NCBI RefSeq assembly: GCF_009914755.1
Contig: NC_060925.1
Reading direction: 5' to 3' (one strand)
From: the human T2T-CHM13v2.0 reference genome, Homo sapiens
Length of the DNA stretch: 64,000 nt
A program made the position numbers and the translations under genes. This document shows, piece after piece, positions 16,455 through 31,994 of this stretch (the stretch's first letter is position 1; every line of letters begins with the position of its first letter). The notes under the pieces are model-generated. The model did not search any database. It worked only from the letters and a program-made list of their open reading frames with translations, and had not been told where the DNA came from.

Positions 16455-16757
16455 GGCCGGGCACGGCGGCTCACACCTGGAATCCCAGCACTTTTGGAGG
16501 CCGAGGCAGGTGGATCACGAGGTCAGGAGTTCGAGACCAGCCTGACCAATATGGTGAAATCCTGTCTCTACGAAAAATACAAAAATTAGCTGGACATGGT
16601 GTCGGGTGCCTGTAACCCCAGCTACTCGGGAGGCTGAGGCAGGAGAAATCCTTTGAACTCGGGAGGTGGAGGTTGCAGTAAGTTGAGATCGCACCATTGC
16701 ACTCCAGCCTGGGTGACTGGGCAAGACTTTGTCTCAAAAAAAAAAAAAAAAAAAAAA
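16455..16757 (+). mobile_element. AluS
   Basis: Full dimer, TSD aagaattataaagaat. Confidence 0.9.
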
Positions 16758-19700
16758 GAATTATAAAGAATTTAACTCTTAATCCTTGGAATTTTGCATT
16801 GAATAATTTAGAATTTCTTAAAATGAGTTTAAGGAATTTCCTGCTAAAATTATCTAAAAAGATGGTTTTAAACTTTAATTAAATCATCATGGGGGTGTTT
16901 ATTGCTGTGTTAAAAAATTAATTAAAAGGGTTCTGTAAGGATTTAAACTGAATCCTTAGCCAGGCACTGCTGGAATGTGGGAGGATTATATTAGTCTAGT
17001 ATCACTCATGTATTAAGTCAGTGTGTGGCATCTTTTAATGCTTTCTCTTAACTCTACATGTTTCTTGTCAGAACTGGGGAAAAGTCTGTTTGAGGAGTAT
17101 ACATGGGAAGAGTGTTAAATATTCCAATGACCAATCTGGGAATGTGGCAGAAGGGTAGATTGGGGCAGAATGCTGAAAGAGAAGCTTGCTGGGAGTGTCA
17201 CCTTGACAAATGACTTATTGGTTCAGTAAACTGCTTCATGCAAATTGTGCCAAATAGATATTGCTTATGTGCTATGAAATATACTTTCTTGCCTGGGTAC
17301 CAGGAAAGGCCCCAACTGGCTTGATACCAGCCCAGTTCAAAGAGGGCACAGGAGGCCATTTGACTTTCATTTTGCTTGCAAGAGATGAGACCAAGTAAAT
17401 TTGAGATTAAGGAGTTGAGGGAAATGGTAGAGAAGACAAACATGAACCCCTCAGAGGTACAGCCATTATAAAAATACAAAAGCTGAATTTATGAGTTTAT
17501 TTCTTTTGGCAATAACAGTCTATTAGGCAGGGTCCATTTGACTCCATTTTTCTTAATGCAAACTCTACTTTCTATATTTAGAATGTTTAAGGCTGGATTC
17601 TGGTGTATAGGCAGCAAGGCATTTAAAATGACACTTTTAAATGTTTTAAAACATTTTTCTTTTGAAAGTGTTTACACTCAGATATGTTGATGAAAATATC
17701 AGTCTTTGTGCAAATAGCTAAAAATTAACTGGTATTTATTCTGGGGTGAGCTACCTATGGCATATTTCATTCAGAACCACTTTTAAATTATTCAATAGAT
17801 ATATAATATGCCCTTATATGTTATTCACTGTGTTAGGAGTTACAAAGCACAAGACAGATCTTCTTTCCTCTTTCTCCCCCGTAACAAATTTAGTGGTAAA
17901 AATAAGACAATTTTAAAGTGACATTTGATAAATAACACAAGTAAATGGATAGAATAAGAGAGAGAAATCCATTAATTATAAAAAGAACCTTAGCCTAACT
18001 AAATATGTCATTAAGATGCCACTGGCAATGGGGAATTACCAAAGGAAAGCTTAATAAAAGAAGCAATTTGATCAAAGTTAGGTGTTATAAATATTAATCT
18101 GTAGGACGTATTGGAAGAACAAGACACAGGAAACAGAACAATTAGGAGACTGCCAGTCCTTAGATCTAAAAGCTTGAGTGGCTTCTCAGTGCTCCCCATG
18201 CGTGGTCTGGTATTCCAGCCCTCCTAACATGTTCATAATATATTGTTCCATCCCTTTTCTCCCTATTAAGAGGCTCTAGCCAAATTGGCCTACTCCCTAT
18301 TCCAAAACAAAACAAAAAAGTCATATACTTACCAGCTTCCTGGCTGATGTTATGCTTTTTCCTTTGCCTAAAATGGCCCCCATCTCTACCTATCATTCAC
18401 TTATTTGTGAACTATTTTAAGGTTTGGGGATTTACTGGTAAAGTACAAGCTGTTAACTTACGTGGAATTAGTTGCATAAATGAATAATTATAATTTAACA
18501 CAGTAAGTATAATGACAGAGAAAGATGTGTTACCGGAGAACTAAATGGAAGTGTACCTTGACCTTCCCTTAGGGGACTGATAGAGGAGGAAGATTCCTGG
18601 GAAATGCAAAGCCTGTCCTAAGCCTCAGGATGATTAGGAGTTTACCTTGCAGATGTAGAATAGAAAAGAAAGAGGGAAAACATTTCAGGAAGAGAGAACA
18701 AACTAAGCCATGGCACTGAACTACACAATAGGGAATGTATTAAAGAATTGCAAGCAATTTGGTATTTCTAGAATGAAGTCTAAAACTGAGCACACAGACA
18801 GAGACAGTGGCTGGATTGTGGAAAATCTGGTGTACTATATTAGGGAGCTTGCACTAATTTATAGGATAGTAGTTTTTAAACCCTTTTTAAGCAGAAGGAC
18901 ACTTTCTTTGTAGAAAGGCTTATGCAGAAGCCCTGTACAACAGATACACTGAGAATGATGTTCAGGTTGAAGCAGAGATACTTCCCCCCACCCCCACATA
19001 CTTCCATACACAAACACACCACCACTTCTTTGAAAACCACTGCTAGAGGCAAAGAACTGCTGAAGGGCTTTAAACCTCAGGATGACATGATCGTATTTGC
19101 ATTTTGGAACTATTATGATAACTATGTAAAGGATAGGTTTAAGGGGCAGAACGTCCCAGGCAGATACCAGTGAAGAAACTGTTGCAGGAGTTTAATTAAG
19201 AGATAAATAGAGGCTTTTGGCACCAGCTATGACAGAATGACTGGTGCAAGATGGGCCCTCCCACTGTAAACAACAAAAAATAGGACACCACCCCCTCACT
19301 ATCTGTCTATCTGTCTGTCCATCTATCGATCAATCGAAAGAGAGCATGGGTGTGCAACACAACTATTTTCAGGCATTGGACAATAGGCAGCCACTGTGTT
19401 GGTCACCATTGCCCAGGTGTCTGCTGCATACTATTTTCCAACTGTGGTGCTGTAATCTGGAGGCCAGGCCTGCCAGAGTACAATAGACTCACTGAGCTGA
19501 GGAGGCACAGAACAGAATTTTGCATCTGAAAGGGCTGGAACCTGCTGGGTAGGATACCAGAGAGTCTTTAGCTGGACTGCACATGTCCAGGGAAAGACTA
19601 CGTAAGTTTTCCAGAGAGAAACTGAAGTATATTGAAAACAGAATAGAGATACTAGTGGTCATGTTGAGCAATGACAGAGATCTGACACTGCCAGTGAGAA

Positions 19701-19875
19701 ATCTGTTTAAAACCTGACTACTCCAGGAATCCAGCTGAGATACCAGAAAGATACCTCAAAGTTGTGGAAATTGAGGTTTATTAAAGCCAAATGATTTATT
19801 TATATCTTCACACTTAGTACTGGTAGCCAAGGACTAATAAGTGAATAATTAGAATTGGAGGTACAGAGTATAGAT

Positions 19876-20477
19876 CAGTGGTTCTCAACTTTGCATGTCT
19901 AGAATGTCTAGAGTGGTCTAAGCGTTGGCATTTTTTTTCTCCCAAAAAAAAAAAAACAAAAAAAAACCAGGGTACATGTGCAGAATGTTCAGGTTTGTTA
20001 CATAGGTACACGTGTGCCATGGTGGTTTGCTGCACCTATTGACCTGTCCTCTAAGTTCCCTCTCCTCACCCCTCACCCCCCAGCAGGCCCTGGTGTCTGT
20101 TGTTCACCTCTCTGTGTCCATGTGTTCTCATTGTTCAGCTCCCGTTTATGAGTGAGAACAGCATTGGTTTTTTTTTTTTAAAGCTCCCATAGATGATTAT
20201 AAGTTGCAGCCAAGGTTGAGAATGTCTGTTATACCTGACACTTTGAGATGCTTATCCATGATAGGAAGGAGAGGAAACAACACCTTAAGGCAGTGGTTCG
20301 CAACCTTAGTGAGCATCAGAATCAGTCGGAGGCTTGTTAAAACACAGATTGCCAAGCTCTACCCTGAGTTTCTGATGCAGTAGGTCTGGGGTGGGGACTG
20401 AGAATGTGGTTTTCTAATAAGTTCCTGGGTTATGCTGTTGCTGCTGGTACCTAGACCGCTTGTTTTGAGAACCAGTG
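19876..20477. mobile_element. Two MER5-type hAT MITEs; the first is interrupted by a - strand L1PA 3' fragment (~19945-20160)
   Basis: cagtggttc.. termini; L1PA 3'UTR reverse complement (gtacatgtgcag...gagtgagaaca). Confidence 0.7.
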
Positions 20478-20730
20478 CCTTAAGGAAATAAGAAAGTTGA
20501 GGAATTGTTTTTTCTTTAAAGTACTGAAAAATCCTCTTAAGCATATAGTAGTCCTGAGCATCTTTTTAGCATTCTTTAGGAAAAGAAATAAGAAGAGCTT
20601 TCTGATGCTAGTTAGCGTAATCTTGATTTCCTGTACTTGACTATCTGTTTAATCTGTATGAGTTTAGATTGAAATCAACATTAATTTCCATATGATTCTA
20701 AACAATATGAAAGGCAGTTTTACAGAAAAT

Positions 20731-20890
20731 ATGTGTGTATGTGTGTGTGTATATATATGTGTGTGTATATGTATGTGTATATATGTGTGTGTATATATAT
20801 GTGTATATATGTGTGTATATATATGTGTATATATATGTGTGTGTATATATGTGTATATATATGTGTGTGTGTGTGCATATATATATATAT
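20731..20890. repeat. Compound (TG/TA)n microsatellite
   Basis: About 160 bp of alternating purine-pyrimidine sequence. Confidence 0.95.
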
Positions 20891-21048
20891 AAATATGTGC
20901 CACATTGCTTTTTGATTTTCCTGGATGGTTTGAAATTAACAAAGAGGACAGGGAGCCAGAGCTCTAGTTTGGCTTTGTTATTAACACATCTTAGATACCT
21001 GAGATATCTCCTTTTCTACTTTCTTCCTATAAAATGGAATGAAATTAA

Positions 21049-21684
<636 letters not shown>

Positions 21685-21964
21685 TAGTTGAGGCAAAAGA
21701 AGATGAGAAGAAGCCCAGTACAGGGCCACAAGGGCAGAGAAGAAAAAAAAACAAAGAAAGAAAATTTACTCTCATGTTATAGAACTTGGAAGATACATAA
21801 TTTTTATGAGGAATTCAGTATAAACAAGTAAATATGAACTAGTAAAATAAATTACGACAATCACACTGGAGAAAATTGCTCATGTATAGCTGATTCTCTT
21901 AGCTATATGCTAAGATTTGTATATTTCAGCTTGGGTCATTTGAAATTACTTGAAATAGGATCTA

Positions 21965-22360
<396 letters not shown>

Positions 22361-24165
22361 TTATGTTCTTTGTATCCTGAATGAGAAGTAAAATGCCCTA
22401 ACCTTTAAAAGTGAAACTTTGAATACAACCTTTTATCATATTTTAAGTTTTAATACTGGGAAATAAAGAGTCTACATTAAAACTTTGAGAAAATAATTGA
22501 GTGAATTTTAGGCCCAAATAAAAAATATTGTATTTATTCTCTCCTTTGATATAGCAGAGACAAAATATGTCCTCATAGAAGACATTCTTACTTTATTTGG
22601 ATATGGCGTTTATAAATTTGCATAGAAAAAATATTTCCTCCTAAAACACCATAAGAAACTACTACTTTTTTTCTGCATGGTTTAGACCTTTATTATTTAA
22701 AATAATAGGCATTTTTAGAACTATTATCAAATAGTTATGTTTATTTAGATTGAACTATTTCTTCAAAGAACCAGACTATTTTTTCCAAATTTACTGTCAT
22801 TCTTCCCACTTTTAAGGCAGATACAGGATATGTTTCGCCTTTTTTAATAGGAGATAGTCATTTAAACCTATCAGTGATACTCTTTTAATTATTTAAGTAG
22901 AGATAATAAAATTTCCATCCTGAAAGGGACAGATGACTTAGATTACTGTTTGTGAAGTTTTATATTACAGAGTACTTTTGGAAGACTTCATGTCTTTATT
23001 GATGCTATTTTTTGGCCTCAGCTTATTTTTGTAATTTTACATTTCTTCTGCCCTTCAATTTCTCAATGTGCAAAGAGTAACCATAGTTATGGTAATAAGG
23101 AAATGGGAGAATTGGGGGTCCTATAAGGAGTATGAAAATTTGAAGTGCCTATGGAGGCATTAGGAATTTGCTCCTCGGATTCTCAGTAACAGAGAGAGAG
23201 TTTTCCTTGCCATCATCTCCTTGACCCAAGTCACAGGAGTTGGATTACGGAAGCAAAGCAGAAGGCATGTACACTTAAGCCTATACCTGTCCTACTTTTG
23301 CTGGATCAATTGATGCAATACATGTCCATTATAATCATTTGAAGAAATAAATCATTCATTCCCCATCTCTTAAAAGGAGATAATAATAATGTCTCCCTCA
23401 TAATGTCACACATATGAACTCATTAGACTTGCACATGTAAGAACTCAGTGTTTCATTATTGAAATATATTGAAAACAGTATTGGAGCCATAATAAATTAG
23501 GAGTTATGATTAATTATGACATACTCTGCCAAACTATTTAGGATGTTACAATTCTTAATTCTGATAAAAGCTACTAGTAAAATCTCATTACTGAATACTT
23601 AGGATTACCAGAAAAAAAAAACCCCAAAACCAAAAAAAACCCACAACTTTGAACCATCCCATTACTCTACATTGATAACCTGCTTTGTAAGTCTTAAAAT
23701 AGTTATTAGTATTAGAGATTTTTTTTTACTATTCATAGTTCTCATTCCACTTGATATGCAAATAACCGCTTGATATGTTTCTGAAATTATGTCAGAAAAA
23801 ATGTTTATTAGGATTATAAAAACACTCTTACCTTTGGAAGAAAATATACCATTTTATGTTGGTATCTATACAAGTTTCCACTGAAAATGTGATTTATTAA
23901 CTATGTCTAAGTGCTCAACTCTAAAATTGAAGAACATTTGGGTGATCTTACTACCTTTAATGAAATATTTTAAGATAATTTTGAGGCGAAGTCTTTCTGA
24001 TCAACTTTTATTTCCATTTATTTTATTTAACATTGGACAAAATTGGAGCTTGTGAACCAGTTTCTGATATAGAAAAACATTTTATTTGTGTGGGTGTTTT
24101 GTTTTCTGAGCTCCAGGAGCAAGTACGCACCTGGTTATGATTTGTACATACTTCATGTTAGCTAA

Positions 24166-24506
<341 letters not shown>

Positions 24507-24691
24507 TAAAGGAAAGCTTACTGTGAAGGGGTTGGTAATACCTTACCATTGTATATACTTTATTTCTATATTTCTCCTGCCTTACTCTTTGTTACACACT
24601 CCTGTCTTCTTTGACTAAAACCATTATTCAATCAGAACGTAGTTATGGTGAGTTCACTATTAAGTTTTATCTTTTGCTTTTGATTAACTAG

Positions 24692-24818
24692 ATACCTGTG
24701 GAAGGGGGACAGGAGCAGCAGACAGATTCCACCAAAGGGCGATGCCTGAGGAGAACTGTCAGTGTCCCTTCCGAGGGTCAGTTTCCCGAGTACCCACCAG
24801 AGGGCGCCACTAAACTGG
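24692..24818 (+). CDS. RASAL2: RASAL2 internal coding exon (likely exon 3 of long isoform), 127 nt, phase 0 to 1
   Basis: Acceptor tag (AG 24690-24691), donor CTGG|gtaagc at 24819. Translates IPVEGGQEQQTDSTKGRCLRRTVSVPSEGQFPEYPPEGATKL, in frame with the previous exon. RRTVSVP is shared with SynGAP-family proteins. Confidence 0.93.
24794..24807 (+). promoter_or_regulatory. CTCF core motif within coding exon 3
   Basis: CCACCAGAGGGCGC matches the CTCF core consensus CCAC(C/T)AG(A/G)(G/T)GGCGC. Binding is not shown. Confidence 0.55.
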
Positions 24819-26064
24819 GTAAGCTACTATGAAAAGGAAATAAATTCCTAGCTTTTATCCCATAATTTATGGACTTGTTACTGAGTAAAACAGAACATCC
24901 TGCATTTCCTGTTAAGTAAGTGCTTTGAAATCAATGGCACGTTAAGCGAGAGTTAGAGGTCATTAGAGAGTTCTGTTCTTTATAACCAACTGACAGCAAA
25001 GTTATTTTAAAGAGAAAGACTTTATGTGAGCACTAGTAAGGTTGCTGTTTAGTCCTAGGCAGATGGGATAATGTGTTGCTTCTGGGTTTATTGCTCAGCT
25101 GTAGATTTTGAGAGAGTATTTGGTGATCTTGTTGAAGCACTGAGGTTCATAAGGGAGCAGTATGTGTTGGAACTTAGTATTAAGTGGTTTAGATGTGTCT
25201 TGTTCAGGTAGCTACTGGTGTTGTCTTATATGATGTAATATTAGATCAGGCTAATTTAGCTAAGTTAATCTTGCATGTCTCATAAAAGTCATATGCTGGA
25301 CTATGGTTGGAGTGGGTGACAAAAGGGAGAAATCCTACTTCCATTTTTCCAGTAAGGTTACTAAAGAAACCTTACTTCCATTGTTATATACTAAAGGAGT
25401 TAATGTCAATATCAAAGCAGCTAGCTCTTCTCCCATTCCCTACCAAATGTATTCTGTTAAATGTTTTCATTTTTAATAATGGATATTTAAATAATCAGAC
25501 TGGTCAGGTAATTTTAAAAGAACATAATTAAGATTAAATAGAAAAATGAAGCAATTTGAAAAGTAGGAATTGTTTTGGTGCTTTATATTGTTGTGTTATT
25601 ATTTGCTTAGTGAACCATAGACTTTTGACATTTGATAAGTAGATGAAATCATTTATTGTCTCTATGGTGATCAGTATGGATAATTCTGTAATTTTGTTTG
25701 TGTTTTCTAAAATCATGGTTTGGTTTGGGATTTTGGAGGGGGTTGCCTTTTTCTTCATTTCTAAGTGGAACCCAGAGCTTTTGGCTGGAATTTGAATCCT
25801 TTTGGGCAGAATTTGAATCTTTTATTTTTCTTTTTATTGTGTAATAGTTGTTGCTTTCCTAGAAATTAGTTGAGTTAGCAAGTACTTTTTTCCAAGGAGC
25901 CACCTTGGAGAAGTCAGATTTTTCTCTCATCTTATTTCCACTATACTTCTTTAACATGTGTTGAAACCAGTTTAGGTGTGGGCCTAAATTCTACTAAAAA
26001 CCTGTCTGGGTGTAACCATTTTATAGCCTATTTATATTTCACATCCAAGTTCTATGTAAATTGA

Positions 26065-26431
<367 letters not shown>

Positions 26432-27459
26432 TGACTATTGTCTTTACCAATTTTCTAGGAACCTTTCGCTCTTCAAGTTTTGACCCATAAAAGTCAATAG
26501 ATTTTGAGGAAGTACAACTATAGTCTCAAGAATTATTGCAGTGTTATAGAAGAGAGAACTATATAGGAAATTGTTAAATATCTACAGTGTTCGAGGTACT
26601 GGCCCCAAAAACAAACTAAAGGTGACAAAAGTGTCTGGTCTAGAGCCAGTCCTTATCTTTTGTGCTTAACAAGAAGTCCAGTAGCCATTCTGACTCATGG
26701 ACAGTCCATGAGCAAATGTCCTAAATTTGCACTAAAAGCTATCCTCGTAAATATTATAGGGAAAAACACTACTTCTAGAGCCATTCTTCCTTACATGCCA
26801 GTCTAATCTTGAATTAGATAATTGTTCTGTTTTTTTATTGTTATCTCCAAGTGATTTGTCTTTAGCCAAAATTTCTGCTGTCAGGTATTTCATTGAATAA
26901 TTGCTGTATATGTAACATTCTATGCCAGTCGCTAAGAGTGAAAAGAAGTATAAGATTTCTGCTCTTAGAACATTTTTTTTATGTAGTTAGCAAGATAGGA
27001 TGAATATACATAGAAACTAAAATATAAGTTAGTGTACAAAAATTAATTGTCTATATACTAGCAATAAACAGGAAACAAAAAAAATTAAATATCCTGTTTA
27101 ATATAGCATCATGATAACAAATTCCTAGGGGAAAAGATCTAATAACAGATGTGAAAGACTTCTACATAGAGAACTTTAAAACATAAAAGAAAAAAAGATT
27201 TAAATAAACAAATGGAGGGCTAAATACCATGATGATGGTTTAGAAGACTTAATACAATGTCAGTTCTCTTTAAGATCAAAATTTCAATGAATTTCAAAAT
27301 TTCTGTCCCCATCCTTACCACCACATACACGTATACAAATTGGCAAGTTGATTCTAAAATTCATCTCGAAATGCCATAGACCAAGTATAGCCACAGCAGA
27401 AGAAAACAAGGTGAGAAGACTTAATTACTAGTATTAAGATCTGTTTAAAAAGTATAATA

Positions 27460-27862
<403 letters not shown>

Positions 27863-28059
27863 TTAGTCATTGGTGCTGGCTCAATAACATATCTTTTTGG
27901 AGTGGGGTGGGAATGAGGAGGAATTGACCTATAAGATAGTGACCTTATAACCATGCACAATATCAATTCCAAGATCTGAACAAGAGAGATAATACAATAA
28001 AACTTCTAGAAATAGTGTAGGATATTTTCATGATCTTGGATAAAGAAAGATTTCTTAAG

Positions 28060-28287
28060 TCAGGAGTGTCCAATCTTTTCGCTTTCCTGGGCCACATCAG
28101 AAGAAGAATTGTCTTGGACCACACCCAAAATGCACTAACACTAACGACAGCTGATGAGCTTAAAAAAAAAAAAGGTTCATGCAAAAATCTCATAATGTTT
28201 TAAGAAAGTTTAAGAATTTGTGTTGGGCTGCATTCAGAACCATCCTGGGCTGCATGCAGCCCATGGACCGTGGGTTGGACAAGTTTG
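28060..28287 (+). mobile_element. MER30 MITE
   Basis: caggagtgtccaatctttt... to ...gggttggacaagtttg, about 230 bp. Confidence 0.8.
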
Positions 28288-28941
28288 TCTTAAACAATAC
28301 AAAAAACACAAATTGTAATGGAAATAATTGATACATTGGACTATATTAAGATTAAGAATTCTGTCAATCAGTACATCATTAAGAGAATGAAAAGGCAAAC
28401 CACAGAGTAGAATAATATATTTGCAACACCTATAATGAACAAAGGGCTTTTATCTAGTATATATAAATGCTTCCTCGTAGAAAATGAGCAAGAGGCTTGA
28501 ACAGATATTTTAACGAAGAGTTCACTGAGGAACAGACACAAATTAGTACATCCTGTCTGATTCCGTTTATATCAAGTTCCAAAACCGTTAAAACTAATCT
28601 ATGGTGTTAGTTATTAGGATGGTGGTTACTTTTGGGGAGGAGGCATGAATAGTGATTGGGAGAAATATAAAGGTGGATTCTGGAGTGCCAGTGGTGTTCT
28701 GTTTGTTGACTTGGGTAGGAATTACACAGGTGTGTTCACTTTGTGATAATTCATTGAGCATATGTGTGTTATACTTAAAGAAAATTTTAAAAAGACAAAG
28801 AAAAACAAGCTAAATTGTACTGTCACATAAGTGGTCTATACTATTACAAAGTACACAGTAGGGAGGATTAAGAACTATATAGCCAACTCTGTTTTATGCT
28901 ACCAAAAGGGCCACTAGGATGAGGACTAACGAAAATCATTA

Positions 28942-29323
<382 letters not shown>

Positions 29324-29405
29324 CTACTGAAATGAGTTGAGAAGATAGTGTGATAAGGAAATCAAAACAGCAAATGGAGACAATTCTTCTTAAACGTTTG
29401 CCTGT

Positions 29406-30208
29406 GGAAAAACTGAAAGCGTTTCCTCTTAGATCTGGAACACAACAAGGTTGTGCACTTTTACCACTCTTATTTGTTATAGTACTGGAAGTCCTAGCTA
29501 GAGCAGTCAGACAAGAGAAGGAAATAAAGGGCATCCAAATTAGAAAGGAAGAAGCCAACTTATTCTTGTTTGCAGATGATACGATCTTATATTTGGAGAA
29601 ACCTAAAGACTCCACTAAAAAACTGTTAGGACTGATAAACAAATTCAGTAAAGTTACAGGATACCAAATCAGCATACAAAAATCAGTGGCATTTCTGTAT
29701 GTTAACAGTGAACAATCTGAAAAAAAGAAATTTAAAAAGTAATCCCATTTACAAGAGCCACAAGTAAAATGAAGTACCTAGGAATTAACCAAAGAAGTGA
29801 GTATCGCTACAATGAAAACTATAAAATACTGATGAAAGAAATTGAAGAGGATGGCAACAAATGGAAAGATATTTCATGTTCATGGGTTGGAAGAATCAAT
29901 ATTGTTATAATGTCCATACTGCACAAAGCAGTCGACAAATCCAGTGCAATTCCTATCAAAATACCAATGACATTCTTCACAGAAATAGAAAAAACAATAC
30001 TAAAATTTATATGGAATCACAAAAGACCCTGAATAGCCAAAGTCATTCTGAGCAAAAGGAACAAAACTAGAGGAATCACATTACCTGAGTTCAAATTACA
30101 GTACAGAGGTATAGTAACCAAAATAGCACGGCACAGGCAGAAAAACAGACACACAGACCAGTGGAACAGAGAATCCAGAAACAAATCCACACACCTACAG
30201 TGAACTCA
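29406..30208 (+). mobile_element. Internal L1 ORF2 (RT-region) fragment, older L1MA-like, no 3'UTR or tail
   Basis: Translates [32 protein letters not shown].. with frameshifts, flanked by L2-like sequence. Confidence 0.85.
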
Positions 30209-30798
30209 GAATTTGCTTAATGGATTGGATGTGGAAAGTGAGAAATAGAATATTCAAGAATGTTGGCTAGAACAGCTACAGGAATGAAGTTACTATTGTT
30301 TAAAGTGGGAAGACTGGGAGAAACTAGTTTGAAAGTGTGATTGACCAGCAGCTCAATTTTTGCACACGTTAAGTTTGAGGGTATTATTAGACCCCCAAGT
30401 CGAAATTTGTTGGATATATGAATTTGGAAATAAAGGGGAAGGTACAGACTACAGATACAAATTGCAAGCCTTTGGCAAATAGATGATATTTAAAACCCTG
30501 AGATTTAATGACATTCCTATTAGAATGTATGACAGAAGAAATGCAAAGACTAAGCCCTGGGACAACATTTAGAGGTTAGGAAGATGAAGTAGCACTAGCA
30601 AAGGAAGAACTAAAGAGGAAAGATGAAAATCCAGAATTTTGTTTCCAAATAAGCAAATTGAGACAAATGTGTATGGGGAAGAAGAAGGGAGTGCTTAAGC
30701 ACAGAATTTACTTCTTATTGACAAGAGTTCTCCGACTGTTGCATTCAGCAGTTTACAGTTACCAAGGATACTAAATTTGACATAGATTTTGATTCATC

Positions 30799-31994
30799 AA
30801 ATTTTTTTCATTGTTCAATTCCCACCTTTGAGTGAGAATATGCGGTGTTTGGTTTTTTGTTCTTGCGATAGTTTACTGAGAATGATGATTTCCAATTTCA
30901 TCCATGTCCCTACAAAGGACATGAACTTATCATTTTTTATGGCTGCATAGTATTCCATGGTGTATATGTGCCACATTTTCTTAATCCAGTCTATCATTGT
31001 TGGACATTTGGGTTGGTTCCAAGTCTTTGCTATTGTGAATAGTGCCGCAATAAACATATGTATGCATGTGTCTTTATAGCAGCATGATTTATAGTCCTTT
31101 GGGTATATACCCAGTAATGGGATGGCTGGGTCAAATGGTAATTCTAGTTCTAGATCCCTGAGGAATAGCCACACTGTCTTCCACAATGGTTGAACTAGTT
31201 TACAGTCCCACCAATAGTGTAAAAGTGTTCCTATTTCTCCACATCCTCTCCAGCACCTGTTGTTTCCTGACTTTTTAATGATTGCCATTCTAACTGGTGT
31301 GAGATGGTATCTCATTGTGGTTTTGATTTGCATTTCTCTGATGGCCAGTGATGATGAGCATTTTTTCATGTGTTTTTTGGCTGCGTAAGTGTCTTCTTTT
31401 GAGAAGTGTCTGTTCATGTCCTTCACCCACTTTTTGATGGGGTTGTTTGTTTTCTTCTTGTAAATTTGTTTGAGTTCATTGTAGATTCTGGATATTAGCC
31501 CTTTGTCAGATGAACAAATCACATGGACACAGGAAGGGGAACATCACACTCTGGGGACTGTTGTGGGGTGGGGGGAGGGGGGAGGGATAGCATTGGGAGA
31601 TATACCTAATGCTAGATGATAAGTTAGTGGGTGCAGTGCAGCAGCATGGCACATGTATACATATGTAACTAACCTGCACAATGTGCACATGTACCCTAAA
31701 ACTTAAAGTATAATAATAAAAGAAAAAAAAAAAGCACGAAAAAGATGTTCTAAATAAATTGCGAAGAAGACAAGTTATATAACAGCATGTGCAGTCTAAT
31801 CATTATTTCATTTTTTAAAAAAAGGTACAGTATGCACACAGAATAAAGATTGCTTATACACATCAACGTATTATGAGCATTATCTTTATTTTGCTTGTAT
31901 GTTCTAGATTTTCTTAAGCAATGTGCATTTCTTTCATACTAAAAATATTTTTAAATAAAATATACTAATTACTTTTAAAAAAAAAATTTTTTTC
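30799..31994 (+). mobile_element. 5'-truncated, 5'-inverted L1 (L1PA3-like) with probable 3' transduction
   Basis: TSD AAATTTTTTTC at 30799-30809 and 31984-31994. Inverted ORF2 end ~30810-31513, forward 3'UTR from 31518, A tail to 31733, extra 31734-31976, second A tract from 31977. Confidence 0.85.

Noticed and set aside
30815-31522. 235-aa ORF resembling the ORF2 C-terminus
   Set aside because: It is the inverted part of a truncated L1. It starts at a GTG created across the inversion junction and has no promoter.
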